From: Anaerolineae bacterium
GTDB taxonomy: Bacteria; Chloroflexota; Anaerolineae; S140-20
DNA: 64,000 bases
Assembly: GCA_027021705.1 (NCBI GenBank)
Contig: JALUTT010000022.1
Location: 60 to 64,059, forward strand
Direction: 5' to 3'
A program made the position numbers and the translations under genes. Shown here piece by piece: positions 50,768 to 61,113 of this stretch. The notes beneath the pieces were generated by a model. The model was not told the DNA's origin. It did not search any database and saw only the letters and a list, made by a program, of their open reading frames with translations. Position 1 is the stretch's first letter; each line of letters starts with the position of its first letter.

Positions 50768-51673
50768 ATGTACGACCTGATCGTGATCGGCGGTGGCCCG
50801 GCCGGCCTCACAGCGGCCATCTACGCCATCCGCAAGCGGCTGGACATGCTCCTCATCGCTCGCGATCTGGGCGGCAAGACCAACTACCGGCTGGCCCTGG
50901 AGGGTGTCGAGACCTACCAGGTCATTGACGGGCGGGAGGTGGTCAACAAGTTCCGCAGCGAGATCGAGTACCTAGACTTCGCCCACCACCTGGACAGCGT
51001 GGTGGCCGTCCGGGAGATCGAGGGCGGATTCCACGTGGAAACAGAGACGGGGAAGCACTTTGAGGCCCGGACCCTCATCGTGGCGACGGGCGCCGCGCCC
51101 CAGAAGCTGAAGGTGCCCGGCGAGAGCCGCTTTATGATGCGCGGCCTCTGCTACTCGGCCATCAGCTTTGCCCCCCTCTTCCTGGAACGGCCCACGGCGG
51201 TCATCGGATCGGGCAAGCTGGCCCACCGGGCGACGGCCGAGCTGGCCCGCGTCTCCAACCAGGTCTACCTCATCGCCCCCGAGGAGGGGCAATTGGACAC
51301 CCCCCTAGGTCGCCGCATCCAGGGGCTCTCCAACGTGGCCATCCTGGAGGGCTATCGGGTCACCGAGATCAAGGGGGACACCTACGCCCGCAGCGTCGTC
51401 GTCCGCAAAGGGGACGAGGAGCGGGAGATCGCCGTGGACGGCACCTTCATCGAGTTGGACCTGCTGCCTCGCTCCCAGATCGTGGCCAGCCTGGTCGAAC
51501 TGGACGAGCAAGGCCGCATCAAGGTGGATGCCCGCAACCGGACCAGCAAGCCCGGCATCTTCGCCGCCGGCGACGTGACCAACGTGTGGGCAGAGCAGGT
51601 GCTCATCGCCATCGGAGAGGGAGCCAAGGCATCCCTGACCGCTTACGAATACCTGTTGGAGGTGGGGTCATGA
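50768..51673 (+). CDS. Thioredoxin-reductase-like FAD oxidoreductase lacking CxxC
   Basis: GGGPAG, IVATG and GIFAAGD motifs; CYSAIS where CxxC is expected. Confidence 0.85.
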   Translation: MYDLIVIGGGPAGLTAAIYAIRKRLDMLLIARDLGGKTNYRLALEGVETYQVIDGREVVNKFRSEIEYLDFAHHLDSVVAVREIEGGFHVETETGKHFEARTLIVATGAAPQKLKVPGESRFMMRGLCYSAISFAPLFLERPTAVIGSGKLAHRATAELARVSNQVYLIAPEEGQLDTPLGRRIQGLSNVAILEGYRVTEIKGDTYARSVVVRKGDEEREIAVDGTFIELDLLPRSQIVASLVELDEQGRIKVDARNRTSKPGIFAAGDVTNVWAEQVLIAIGEGAKASLTAYEYLLEVGS

Positions 51674-52551
51674 CAGCTCAGATCATTGACGGCAAGGCGA
51701 TCGCAGCGGCCATCCAGGCGGAGCTGACCGAGGAGGTGCAACGCCTTAAGGAAACCCACGGGGTCGTTCCCGGCCTGGCCACGGTGCTGGTGGGGGAGAA
51801 CCCGGCCTCCATCACCTACGTCAAGATGAAGCGCAAGCGCTCCGCTGAGGTGGGCATCCGCTCCTTCGGCTACGAACTGCCGGCCGATGCCTCCCAGGAA
51901 GAGGTAGAGGGCCTGGTCCGGGAACTCAACGCCAACCCGGAGGTCCACGGCATCCTGGTCCAGCTCCCCCTGCCCCGCCACCTGAACGAGGAGGCGGTCC
52001 TGGCCGCCATCAGCATTGAGAAGGACGTGGATGGCTTCCATCCCATCAACATCGGACGGCTGGCGATGAAGGGGCGGGAGCCCCTCTTCGTGCCCTGCAC
52101 GCCTGCTGGCGTCATTGAGCTGCTAGACCGAACGGGGGTGGAAATCGAGGGGAAAGAGGCCGTGGTCCTGGGCAGGAGCAACATCGTCGGCCTGCCCGTC
52201 TCCATGCTCCTGCTCCACCGCAACGCCACGGTGACCATCTGCCACTCCCGCACCCGGGACCTGCCGGCCGTCACCCGGCGGGCCGACATCCTGGTGGCGG
52301 CTGTGGGCCGCCCCCAGATGGTCAAAGGGGACTGGGTGAAGCCGGGGGCCGTTGTCATTGATGTAGGCGTGAACCGGGTTGAGGACCCGACGGCCAAGAG
52401 AGGCTACCGGCTGGTAGGGGACGTGGACTTCGAGGAGGTCAGAGAAGTGGCCAGTGCCATCACCCCTGTGCCCGGCGGCGTCGGCCCGATGACCATCGCC
52501 ATGCTCCTCACCAACACCGTGCGTTCGGCCAAACGGGCGGCCGGCCTCTGA
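51670..52551 (+). CDS. folD: Methylene-THF dehydrogenase/cyclohydrolase
   Basis: [29 protein letters not shown] and [11 protein letters not shown] motifs. Confidence 0.97.
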   Translation: MTAQIIDGKAIAAAIQAELTEEVQRLKETHGVVPGLATVLVGENPASITYVKMKRKRSAEVGIRSFGYELPADASQEEVEGLVRELNANPEVHGILVQLPLPRHLNEEAVLAAISIEKDVDGFHPINIGRLAMKGREPLFVPCTPAGVIELLDRTGVEIEGKEAVVLGRSNIVGLPVSMLLLHRNATVTICHSRTRDLPAVTRRADILVAAVGRPQMVKGDWVKPGAVVIDVGVNRVEDPTAKRGYRLVGDVDFEEVREVASAITPVPGGVGPMTIAMLLTNTVRSAKRAAGL

Positions 52552-52561
52552 CCCAGACGGG

Positions 52562-52681
52562 GCCGTCCACGAATGGGACACGAATACACGAATTAAGGAC
52601 CGCCTCATTCGTGCATTCGTGAGAAATTCGTGGACGGCCCGCTACGGACCACTCTCTCGCTCACCTGTGGGTAATCACCGC
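52562..52681. mobile_element. MITE-like element A, copy 3 (inverted, one end missing)
   Basis: Reverse complement of copy 1 from the inner hairpin to the terminus GGGTAATCACCGC. Confidence 0.8.
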
Positions 52682-52692
52682 CCCCGTTAGAC

Positions 52693-52721
52693 TTGACAAC
52701 GCTGCCCTCGGACGGTAAACT
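52693..52721 (+). promoter_or_regulatory. sigma70-type promoter for aor
   Basis: TTGACA-17-TAAACT. Confidence 0.75.
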
Positions 52722-52834
52722 TCCAAAGCCAACACCCGCTGCGCCTTCCGCGTGCCCCTAGGGAGAGATAGCACCAGCCCGAAAACCCTCTATCGCGCAA
52801 CCCGTGGACTGCAAGACTGTAAGGAGGAAGCAGA

Positions 52835-55027
52835 ATGGCCGTTGCAACCCTGGAGAAGAGCCTGGAGGAGAAAAAAGCTGCCCACCGGCTCCTGGCCGAG
52901 TACCGCTACGAACTGCGTCCGGTCCAAGGGGGCTACGCCAACCGCACCCTCTACATCAATCTCTCAGACCAGACCATCCTCGAGAAGCCCGTCACCCAGG
53001 AGATGAAGGACATCTTCACCGGCGGTCGGGGGTTCGCCCTCTGGCTGCTGTGGAACGCCGTGGACGGGGATACCCGCTGGGACGATCCGAAGAACGAACT
53101 GGTCATCGCCAACGGTCCCATCAGCGGCATCACCGCCTACCCCGGCTCCGGCAAGTCCACCGTGGTCACCATCTCCCCCCTCACCGGCTCGGTGATGGAC
53201 AGCAACGGTGGTGGCTACTTCGGCCCCTACCTCAAGTTCGCCGGCTGGGACGCCCTGGAGATCCAGGGCAAGGCCGAGCGGGACGTGATCATCGTCATTG
53301 ACGGCGACGAAGGGCGGGTGACCATCGAGGAAGCGCCCCTGGAGGACGTGGACACCCACCTGCTGGTCCGCGAACTGACGCGGATGTACGCCAAGAACGA
53401 GCGCGACCAGATCAGCATCTCCGTCGTCTCGGCCGGCCAGGGGGCCGACCACGTCCTCTACGCCGGGTTGAACCTGAGCTGGTACGACGTGCGGCGGAAG
53501 GAGGTCCGGGTGAAACAGGCGGCCCGGGGTGGCTCCGGTCGCGTCTTCCGGGACAAGAAGCTGAAGGCCATCGTGGTGCGCTACAGCGGCCTGCGCGGGG
53601 ACAGCAACGGTCCGGTCAATATGGCCCTGATCCGCAAGGCGGGACGGCGGATCAACCGGGAGATCGCCACCTTGGACGATGAGCAGAACCAGATGCGCCG
53701 GGTGGGCACCCCCTACCTGGTCGAGATTATGAACTACTTCGACCTGCTCCCCGTCCACAACTTCCGCTACGGTTCCCACCCCGATGCCCGCAAGATCGAG
53801 TCCAGCGTCTGGAAGAACCTCTTCACCCAGGGTGTGCCCGACGGCTGCTGGGCCGGATGCACCCTCTCCTGCTCCCACGGTGTGGACCACTTTCACCTCA
53901 AGACGGGGCCTTACGTCGGCCAGGTGGTGCTGGTGGATGGTCCCGAGTACGAGACGGTGGCCGGCGTGGGGGCCAACCTGGGCATCTTCGACCCCTGGGC
54001 GATCCTGGAGATCAACTTCTACTGCGACACCTACGGCATTGACACCATCAGCTTCGCCAACTCGGTGGCCTTCGTGATGGAGTGCTACCAGGAGGGGATC
54101 CTGAACCGGGAGCGCACCGGGGGCCTGGACCTGACCTGGGGCAACGCCGAGGCGGTGTTGGAGCTGCTGCACCAGATGGCCCGGGGCGAGGGGTTCGGGC
54201 GCATCGTCGGCCAAGGCGTGCGTCGGTTGAAGCAGTACTTCGCCGAGACCTACGGGACCGATCCCCAGTTCCTGCACGACATCGGCATGGAGGTCAAGGG
54301 GCTGGAGTTCTCCGAGTACGTCACCAAGGAGTCGCTGGCCCAGCAGGGCGGCTACGCGATGGCCCTCAAGGGGGCCCAGCACGACGAGGCCTGGCTGATC
54401 TTCATGGACCAGGTCCGCAACCAGCTTCCCACCTTTGAGGACAAGGCCGAGGCCCTTCACTACTTCCCCCTCTGGCGCACCTGGTTCAGCCTGCACGGGC
54501 TCTGCAAGCTGCCCTGGAACGACATCCTGCCTGCCAACAACGCCGAGACCGACGAGCCGGAGAAGGTGCCGGAGCACGTGGAGAACTACACCTGGCTCTA
54601 CGAGGGGGTGACCGGCAAGCCGGTGACGCCGGAGGACCTGATCCTGCAATCGGAGCGGGTCTACAACTTCCAGCGGGTCTTCAACCTGAAGATGGGGTTC
54701 GGCACCCGGGAACACGACTACCCGCCCTACCGAGCAATGGGGCCGGTGACGGTGGCGGAGTACGAATCCCGGGCCGAGCGCTACGACCGGCAGTTGCGGG
54801 AGGAGGTGGGGGTTGACCCCGGAGGGATGACGACCGAGGAGAAGATGGCGCGGCTGCGAGAGTACCGGGAGGCCCGCTACGAGCAGCTTCTGGACGCCGT
54901 CTACGCCCGGCGGGGGTGGGACAAGCACGGCATCCCCACGCTGGAGACCCTGCGTCGGCTGGGGATTGACTTCCCCGACGTGGTGGAACTGGTCGAGAGC
55001 CGTCGCAGGGAACTGGAAGGAAGTTGA
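52835..55027 (+). CDS. aor: Aldehyde:ferredoxin oxidoreductase family (W/Mo-pterin)
   Basis: SP.TG...DSNGGG.FGP.LKFAG.D, AARGG.G.V...K.LKAI, GCTLSC, PEYET, CD.YGIDTIS and VKGLE motifs. Confidence 0.9.
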   Translation: MAVATLEKSLEEKKAAHRLLAEYRYELRPVQGGYANRTLYINLSDQTILEKPVTQEMKDIFTGGRGFALWLLWNAVDGDTRWDDPKNELVIANGPISGITAYPGSGKSTVVTISPLTGSVMDSNGGGYFGPYLKFAGWDALEIQGKAERDVIIVIDGDEGRVTIEEAPLEDVDTHLLVRELTRMYAKNERDQISISVVSAGQGADHVLYAGLNLSWYDVRRKEVRVKQAARGGSGRVFRDKKLKAIVVRYSGLRGDSNGPVNMALIRKAGRRINREIATLDDEQNQMRRVGTPYLVEIMNYFDLLPVHNFRYGSHPDARKIESSVWKNLFTQGVPDGCWAGCTLSCSHGVDHFHLKTGPYVGQVVLVDGPEYETVAGVGANLGIFDPWAILEINFYCDTYGIDTISFANSVAFVMECYQEGILNRERTGGLDLTWGNAEAVLELLHQMARGEGFGRIVGQGVRRLKQYFAETYGTDPQFLHDIGMEVKGLEFSEYVTKESLAQQGGYAMALKGAQHDEAWLIFMDQVRNQLPTFEDKAEALHYFPLWRTWFSLHGLCKLPWNDILPANNAETDEPEKVPEHVENYTWLYEGVTGKPVTPEDLILQSERVYNFQRVFNLKMGFGTREHDYPPYRAMGPVTVAEYESRAERYDRQLREEVGVDPGGMTTEEKMARLREYREARYEQLLDAVYARRGWDKHGIPTLETLRRLGIDFPDVVELVESRRRELEGS

Positions 55028-55312
55028 TCACCCACCTGCCCGCAGCACCTTCCGCCGGAAGCGCTCGATCAGGCGGTCAAGGGCCTCGGGCTCGCCCTGA
55101 ATGGACACGTGGGTACGACCGAGCTGGAGCGCGCCGATGCGGGCCGGCGGCAGCTTCACCACCCGCGCGCTCCAGCCCGGCCCCACCACCGTCTCGGCGT
55201 CAACCTGTTGGCCTCCCAGCTCGACCAGATAGCTACACACCAGCGCTGGTCCGATGCCCCGCAGCTCCATCTCCCAAGCTATGGTTCCCTCCTCCTGTTC
55301 CCAGGATCGCAC
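55028..55312 (-). CDS. Small protein, DUF1952/MoaD-associated-like
   Basis: ELRGI...L...YLVELGG...G.GW...LIERFRRKVLRAGG pattern, recalled from memory; start uncertain. Confidence 0.5.
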   Translation of the reverse strand: MRSWEQEEGTIAWEMELRGIGPALVCSYLVELGGQQVDAETVVGPGWSARVVKLPPARIGALQLGRTHVSIQGEPEALDRLIERFRRKVLRAGG

Positions 55313-55384
55313 ATCGGTTGAAGGGCCCGGCCATTCCGGCTAACGCTCTGCCAGGGGATCGCTCCTGACTATCGGGCATGGACG

Positions 55385-57529
55385 ATGAATCCCATCTCGG
55401 CCTTCTTCCTCAGGAACATCATCCCCGTCTTCTTCCTCTACGGGCTCGCCTTCTTCACGACGGGCCTGGCGCTGGCCCTCGCCAGCCGGCGGCGGTCCCG
55501 GTTTCGGTTCGCCCAGGCGATCCGCCCGCTGGCCGCCTTCGGCATCCTGCACGGTGCCCACGAATGGATCGAGATGTTCCAGAAGATCGGCCTCCAGCTC
55601 GGCACCTACACCCCTACGGTTCCCCAGGAGATGGGCCGACTGGCTGTTCTGAGCCTCTCCTTCCTGATGCTGCTGGCCTTCGGCGGGCTGGGATTGAATT
55701 TGGAGCGAGGAGGACGATGGCGAGCCTACCTCCCCGGTGCGGTGATGACCACCCTGTGGGCAGCAGCCCTGCTGATGGTCAAGGTGGTGCTCAAGCCCTC
55801 ACCCACCGAGATGATCGGACTGGCCGATGTCCTGCTCCGCTACCTCCTGGGAATTCCCGGCGCTCTCCTGGGGACGTGGGCCTTGCGGGCCCAGCAGCGG
55901 ACCTTCCGCGAGCACAAGATGCCTCAGTTCGGACGCGATCTAGGCTGGTGCGCCGTCGCCCTCTTCCTCTACGGCGCGGTCGGCCAGTTCTTCGTCCAGC
56001 CCACCTCCCTCTGGCCCTCAACGGTGGTCAACAGCACCCTCTTCCTGCACTGGTTCGGCCTCCCGGTCCAGCTCTTCCGGGCCATCATGGCCTCCGTCCT
56101 CGCCTTCCACATGATCCGCGCCCTCGATGCTTTCGAGTTGGAGAGCCAGCGCCGGCTGGAGGAGGCCCATCGGGCGAAGCTGCGCGCCCAGGCGGCCGCC
56201 CTCGAGGCGGAGCGCCGCACCAGCCGCGAGATGGAACGGTTGAACGAGGAACTGCGGCTCACGACCCGCGAGCTATCGCTGCTGCTGGACCTCTCCAACC
56301 TTCTGGCCACCCCGATGAGCCTGCGGGAGAGGCTGCACAACGTGCTGGAGCGGATCGTCCGCAGCCTCGACTTCCCGGACGCCGGCATGATCCTGCTCAT
56401 CGGACGCGAGGGCGGGATGCTCCACGTCCAGGCCGCCATCGGCTTCTCATCGGCAGACGGACGAGATGAGCAGACGCCTGAGTACCGCTGGGCGATGCGG
56501 CTGGGCGAGCAGTGCGTGGCCCAGGGCGTGACCATCTGCCGACATCTGGATGGTGTCACCCACGCCCTCTCCCTGGAAAGGGTGGTGCGGGAGGTGGAAA
56601 GCCCCTGCTACAGCAGCCCGCTAGCGATGGTCAGTCTTCCCTTGGCCTTCCAGCAGCAGGTCATCGGCAGCATCGTCCTGGCCCGCATCAAAAGCGAGGA
56701 GGAGAGTAGGGGCGAAACATTTTTCGCCCCTCCCTCGACCGATGAGTTCAAGCTGATGCTAGGGGTGGCCCAGCAACTGGGCCTCTCCATCGAGAACGCC
56801 CGCCTCCATCAGGAGGCCCGGGAGCGAGAGAAGCGGCTGGGGGAGCTGTTGCACCAGGTGGTCAATGCCCAGGAGGCGGAGCGCCAGCGCATCGCCCGGG
56901 AGCTGCACGACGCCACCGCTCAGTCGCTCACCGCCATCGCCCTGGGCCTGCGGGGCGTGGAGGCCCTGCTGGACGAGGACCCGGTGGTGGCGACCCGGGA
57001 GATTCGGGAACTCAAATCCTTCAGCACCGATGCGCTAGGCGAGCTGCGGCGGATCATCTCCGACCTACGCCCTCCTCAGCTCGACGACCTGGGGTTGGTC
57101 GCCGCGCTGCAATGGTACATCCACGAATTTGAGAAGCGCTACGAGATCCCCACCGATTTCGCCGTCGAGGGTAGCGAGTTCCGCTTGCCCTCCGAGTACG
57201 AGACGGTCCTCTTCCGCATCACCCAGGAGGCGCTCACCAACATCGCCAAACATGCCAACGCCTCCCGCGCCTTCGTCCGGCTCGAAATCCGCCCCACCCA
57301 CATCTGCGTGACCGTTCAGGACGACGGCTGTGGCTTCGACCCGGAGGAGGTGCTGGAGGGAACCAGACCACGGACCGGGTGGGGGCTGTTGGGCATCCAG
57401 GAGAGGGCTTTGCTGTTGGGCGGCCACTATGAGATCCACTCAGCACCTGGGCAGGGAACGCGAATCCATGTGCGCGTACCTTTGACAACGGAGCCAGAAG
57501 ATGTCGAAAATACGACTGCTGTTGGTTGA
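55385..57529 (+). CDS. Membrane GAF-domain sensor histidine kinase (HisKA_3/NarX type)
   Basis: About six TM helices, GAF domain, ERQRIARELHD, FRITQEALTNIAKHA, DDGCGF and G.GLLGIQER motifs. Confidence 0.93.
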   Translation: MNPISAFFLRNIIPVFFLYGLAFFTTGLALALASRRRSRFRFAQAIRPLAAFGILHGAHEWIEMFQKIGLQLGTYTPTVPQEMGRLAVLSLSFLMLLAFGGLGLNLERGGRWRAYLPGAVMTTLWAAALLMVKVVLKPSPTEMIGLADVLLRYLLGIPGALLGTWALRAQQRTFREHKMPQFGRDLGWCAVALFLYGAVGQFFVQPTSLWPSTVVNSTLFLHWFGLPVQLFRAIMASVLAFHMIRALDAFELESQRRLEEAHRAKLRAQAAALEAERRTSREMERLNEELRLTTRELSLLLDLSNLLATPMSLRERLHNVLERIVRSLDFPDAGMILLIGREGGMLHVQAAIGFSSADGRDEQTPEYRWAMRLGEQCVAQGVTICRHLDGVTHALSLERVVREVESPCYSSPLAMVSLPLAFQQQVIGSIVLARIKSEEESRGETFFAPPSTDEFKLMLGVAQQLGLSIENARLHQEAREREKRLGELLHQVVNAQEAERQRIARELHDATAQSLTAIALGLRGVEALLDEDPVVATREIRELKSFSTDALGELRRIISDLRPPQLDDLGLVAALQWYIHEFEKRYEIPTDFAVEGSEFRLPSEYETVLFRITQEALTNIAKHANASRAFVRLEIRPTHICVTVQDDGCGFDPEEVLEGTRPRTGWGLLGIQERALLLGGHYEIHSAPGQGTRIHVRVPLTTEPEDVENTTAVG

Positions 57530-58154
57530 CGACCACCAGATCGTGCGGGCCGGGTTGCGCATGCTCTTCCTGGCCGAGAAGGACATGGAGATCGTCGGCG
57601 AGGCGGGCAGCGGCGAGGAAGCCATTCAGGCCGTCCGCGAGCTCAAGCCCGACGTGGTGATCATGGACGTGGCAATGCCCGGTATGAGCGGCATCGAGGC
57701 GACGCGCCGCATTAAGGAGGCCGATCCCGACGTGGCCGTGCTGGCCCTGACCATGTACGAGGACGAGCAGTACTTCTTCGAGATGCTGAGCGCGGGTGCC
57801 TTGGGGTACATCCCCAAACGGGCCGCCCCCGACGACCTGATCTCGGCAGTCCGGGTGGTCAGCCAGGGCAACGTCTTCCTCTACCCCACGATGGCCAAGC
57901 TGCTGGTGGACGACTTCCTGCAGCGGACAGGCCCTGGCTCGGCCCGCACCCTGGAGAGGCTCACCCCCCGCGAGCGCCAGGTGCTGACCTACATCGCCGA
58001 AGGGTACACCAACCAGGAGATCGCCGAGGCGCTGGAGATCAGCGTCAAGACGGTGGACCGCCACCGCGAGAACATCATGCGCAAGCTGAACCTGCACAAC
58101 CGGGTAGAGCTGGTCAAGTACGCCATCAAGAGGGGGCTGATTACCGTCTCCTAG
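57501..58154 (+). CDS. NarL/LuxR-family response regulator
   Basis: LVDDH, VIMDVAMP and LTPRERQVL..IAEG motifs. Confidence 0.95.
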   Translation: MSKIRLLLVDDHQIVRAGLRMLFLAEKDMEIVGEAGSGEEAIQAVRELKPDVVIMDVAMPGMSGIEATRRIKEADPDVAVLALTMYEDEQYFFEMLSAGALGYIPKRAAPDDLISAVRVVSQGNVFLYPTMAKLLVDDFLQRTGPGSARTLERLTPRERQVLTYIAEGYTNQEIAEALEISVKTVDRHRENIMRKLNLHNRVELVKYAIKRGLITVS

Positions 58155-58158
58155 CAGA

Positions 58159-58704
58159 GGTCGGGCTTGGAAAGCCCTCCTACGGGGCCGGTGAAGGTGT
58201 AGGAGGCCCTTCCAGGCCGAGTCCCCGAGGCCGGTGAAGGGCGTAGGAGGCCCTTCCAGGGCCGAGCCTCCAAGGCCGGTGAGGGTGTAGGAGGCCCTTC
58301 CAGGGCCGAGCTCCCGGGGCCGGTGAGGGTGTAGGAGGCCCTTCCTGGGCCGAGCCCCCGGGGCTGGTGAAGGCGTAGGAGGCCCTTCCAGGGCCGAGCC
58401 CCCGGGGCCGGTGAAGGCGTAGGAGGCCCTTCCAGGGCCGAGCCTCCAAGGCCGGTGAGGGTGTAGGAGGCCCTTCCAGGGCCGAGCTCCCGGGGCCGGT
58501 GAGGGTGTAGGAGGCCCTTCCTGGGCCGAGCCCCCGGGGCTGGTGAAGGCGTAGGAGGCCCTTCCAGGGCCGAGCCCCCGGGGCCGGTGAAGGCGTAGGA
58601 GGCCCTTCCAGGGCCGATCTCCCAGGGCCGGGAGGGTCGGGCTTGGAAAGGTCGGGCTTGGAAAGGTCGGGCTTGGAAAGGTCGGGCTTGGAAAGCCCTC
58701 CTAC
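58159..58704. repeat. GTAG-type REP-like tandem array: ten ~44-bp units, four 15-bp units and inverted flanking copies
   Basis: Unit GTAGGAGGCCCT-TCC-AGGGCCGAGC+linker; GGTCGGGCTTGGAAAGCCCTCCTAC at both ends. Confidence 0.9.
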
Positions 58705-58727
58705 AGAGAACGGCCCTGGTCACCCCC

Positions 58728-59063
58728 CTAGGCGGGGTTCGGAATCACGCAGATGAAGCGAAGGGCCTCCGTTCCCGTGTTGACGAACTGGTGCTCCTCG
58801 TTGGGGGGCACGTAGACGACGGTGCCGGCCTCGATGGGCCGATCCCCCTCCTGCCCCCGCACCGCCCCCCGCCCGGCCAGGACGAAGACCTCGTGCTCGT
58901 AATCGTGGGTGTGGTAGGGGGTGTTGGCCCCCGGCTCCACCTCGATGACCCGCATCGCGAAGTTGGGCGCTCCATCCTTCCGGGTGATCACCCAGCGGAT
59001 GGTCACGCCGGGCGTTCCCTCCACGGGCTCCGCCGGGGTCTGGGTGTACGCTTCAACCTTCAT
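58728..59063 (-). CDS. Cupin-domain protein
   Basis: PYHTHDYEHEVFVLAG and YVPPNEEHQF motifs. Confidence 0.9.
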   Translation of the reverse strand: MKVEAYTQTPAEPVEGTPGVTIRWVITRKDGAPNFAMRVIEVEPGANTPYHTHDYEHEVFVLAGRGAVRGQEGDRPIEAGTVVYVPPNEEHQFVNTGTEALRFICVIPNPA

Positions 59064-59092
59064 TCCCTTCCTCCTTCAGATCGAGCAATCCG

Positions 59093-59704
59093 CTATCCTC
59101 GGGCGAACCGCTGTTCCTTCCAAGGGTCGGCCTCGTTGTGGTAACCGGCCTGCTCCCAGAAGCCCAGCCGGTCCTCGGCCAGAAACTCGAATCCCCGCAC
59201 CCATTTGGCGCTCTTCCAGAAGTACTTCTTGGGCACGACGGTGCGCAGCGGCCAGCCGTGCTCCGGCTCCAACGGCTTCCCGCCGAAGCGGTAGGCCAGC
59301 AGCACATCGTCGTCCAGCATCACCTCCAGCGGCAGGTTCGTCGTGTAGCCGTACTCGCAATGGGTGACGACGAAGCGGGCCTCCGGCTTGACCCGCACGT
59401 GCTCCAGGAAGTCCCGGAAGCGAACCCCTTCCCAGACCGTGTCCACCATGCTCCAGCGGGTGACGCAGTGGATGTCGGCCACAATGCGGGTGCGGGGCAT
59501 GGCCAGGATCTCGTCGTAGGTGAAGACCCGCTCCTCCTCGACCAGGCCGAAGACCCGGAGCGTCCATCGGGAGAGGTCGTCGTAGCGGGGCACAGGGCCG
59601 TAGTGCAGTACCGGGAACTTGAGGGTCAGCGACTGACCGGGGGGGAGGCGTCCCTCCCGACGGAGGCGCTCTTCCTCCTCCCGGCGGGTAACGGCTCGGT
59701 TCAT
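59093..59704 (-). CDS. Sulfite-oxidase-like molybdopterin oxidoreductase (YuiH type)
   Basis: RLPPGQ...[21 protein letters not shown]...YFWKSAKW and GFWEQAGYH motifs. Confidence 0.9.
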   Translation of the reverse strand: MNRAVTRREEEERLRREGRLPPGQSLTLKFPVLHYGPVPRYDDLSRWTLRVFGLVEEERVFTYDEILAMPRTRIVADIHCVTRWSMVDTVWEGVRFRDFLEHVRVKPEARFVVTHCEYGYTTNLPLEVMLDDDVLLAYRFGGKPLEPEHGWPLRTVVPKKYFWKSAKWVRGFEFLAEDRLGFWEQAGYHNEADPWKEQRFARG

Positions 59705-59954
59705 CACCACCTCCTGGTCTAGCGACAAGAGTTGTGATCAGACCAGCTATCCGTTATCTGTGCAAAATGTGTTCCCGCTTCGCTCGGCAGGTCTGGCTTC
59801 TATGTCCACGCCCCCTCCCATCCGCCCAGTCACCTACGGTCAGGCTCAATGCGCGGGTCTCCTTGCCGATGCGCGTATTGGAGATGCGAGCATTTCAGCC
59901 ACCGGGCCGGGATGACTCGCCTCTGCCAGACCTCAAGTGCCGAAGCGCCTGCCC

Positions 59955-60182
59955 TTGCTCTTCCCCTCGACCCACCAACCACCGTTCGCCCGCCGGCCAC
60001 CCCCCGCTCACCCCCGACCCACCGACCCCCATCCGCCCGCAGACCATCCCCCGGCCTTCGCCCCGGCACCCCTTTCCGCCCCGCCAACCCGCCCTCTCCT
60101 GCTCGCTCCAGCACCACTCTTCGCCCCAGGCCGGACCACCCCGCCTTGGCTCCCTTTTCCTGCCCACCCTACACGGCCCCAT
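59955..60182 (-). repeat. ORF-less G-rich cassette-like sequence, copy 1
   Basis: Aligns by eye with 61190-61410 (shared CCCCATCCGCCCGCAGACCATCCCCCGG and others). Confidence 0.75.
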
Positions 60183-60310
60183 CCCTAACGACCAGGAGCC
60201 CAGCTACCACCCAACACAGGCAAGGTGCCCTCGCCGGCGAGCACGGTGCCAAGCAAGACCAACCCTGATGAGCCCACGATAGGGCGGTTGGCTGCGGCGA
60301 CCGGTTAGGC
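60183..60310 (-). other. Integron attC site (degenerate, most distal)
   Basis: Minus strand GCCTAAC...GCAGCCAAC...GCTGGGCT...GTTAGGG; L/R spacing atypical. Confidence 0.55.
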
Positions 60311-60369
60311 GATTTAGAATATCTGGTGTATAATAGACACGTGCTCCAACCGTGCATCAGGAGGATAGA

Positions 60370-60597
60370 ATGTACACTCCTTTGATCGAAAAGGTGGTAA
60401 AACATCTCCAAACTCTACCCTACGAATCCCAGCGCCGGGTGCTCGAGTTTACCCAAGCCCTGGCCACCTCCACCCCTCGCGGCATCCCAGGACATATCCT
60501 CCTCCGCTTCGCGGGCTCCATCCCGCCCGACGACGTAAGACGAATGCACCAGGCCATCGAAGAGGGCTGCGAGCAAATCAATGCCAATGAATGGTAA
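60370..60597 (+). CDS. Putative antitoxin (DUF2281-like), inverted cassette
   Basis: Small ORF overlapping a PIN toxin; TATAAT at 60329 upstream. Confidence 0.7.
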   Translation: MYTPLIEKVVKHLQTLPYESQRRVLEFTQALATSTPRGIPGHILLRFAGSIPPDDVRRMHQAIEEGCEQINANEW

Positions 60598-60976
60598 ATA
60601 CCTCCTGGACACCAACATCCTCATCGCCCTCTTCGCCAACGACCGTTCGGTCAAAGATCACCTCGCCCAAGCCGAGGAAATCTTCATCCCTAACATCACT
60701 GTTGGCGAGCTCTTCTACGGCGCCTGGAAATCCGCGCGCGCCCAGGAAAACTTGCAGCGGATTGAAGACCTGGTTGTCGAGACCCCCGTGTTGGGCTGTG
60801 GCATCGAGACCGCGCGCCTATATGGCCGCATCAAGAACGCACTGCGACTCAAAGGACAGCCCATTCCAGAAAACGACATCTGGATCGCCGCCATTGCAGT
60901 GGAACACGACCTCACTCTCGTCACACGCGATGCCCACTTCGCAGAGGTCCCTGACCTGCAAGTAGCTGTTTGGTAA
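60587..60976 (+). CDS. vapC: PIN-domain VapC toxin
   Basis: YLLDTNILI, ITVGELFYGA and NDIWIAAIA...LVTRDAHF motifs. Confidence 0.93.
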   Translation: MNGKYLLDTNILIALFANDRSVKDHLAQAEEIFIPNITVGELFYGAWKSARAQENLQRIEDLVVETPVLGCGIETARLYGRIKNALRLKGQPIPENDIWIAAIAVEHDLTLVTRDAHFAEVPDLQVAVW

Positions 60977-60984
60977 ACCTCGAG

Positions 60985-61113
60985 ACCCAACGACCTGCGG
61001 TTGTGCCGCCGTTCCACCTCCCGGACCCAGGCCCCCCAACGCCCCGAAAAAACCGATTTGCGGAACGCCAAGCCGCGCCGATTTGAAAGGTCGGCACCAA
61101 CCGCCGGTTAGGA
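60985..61113 (-). other. Integron attC site (long type, 129 bp)
   Basis: Minus strand TCCTAAC-CGGCG-GTTGGTGCCG...CGGCACAACC-GCAGGTC-GTTGGGT, with one extra base in L''. Confidence 0.88.

Noticed and set aside
52722-52834. Moco/Tuco riboswitch in the aor leader
   Set aside because: The context fits, but I could not fit the conserved helices or consensus; an Rfam scan is needed.
58159-58704. CRISPR array
   Set aside because: The intervening sequences are near-identical ~19-bp linkers, not unique spacers, and there are no cas genes; it is a REP-like tandem repeat.
58151-58723. Repetitive ORFs across the REP array
   Set aside because: Low-complexity translations of the tandem repeat, with no RBS or coding signal.
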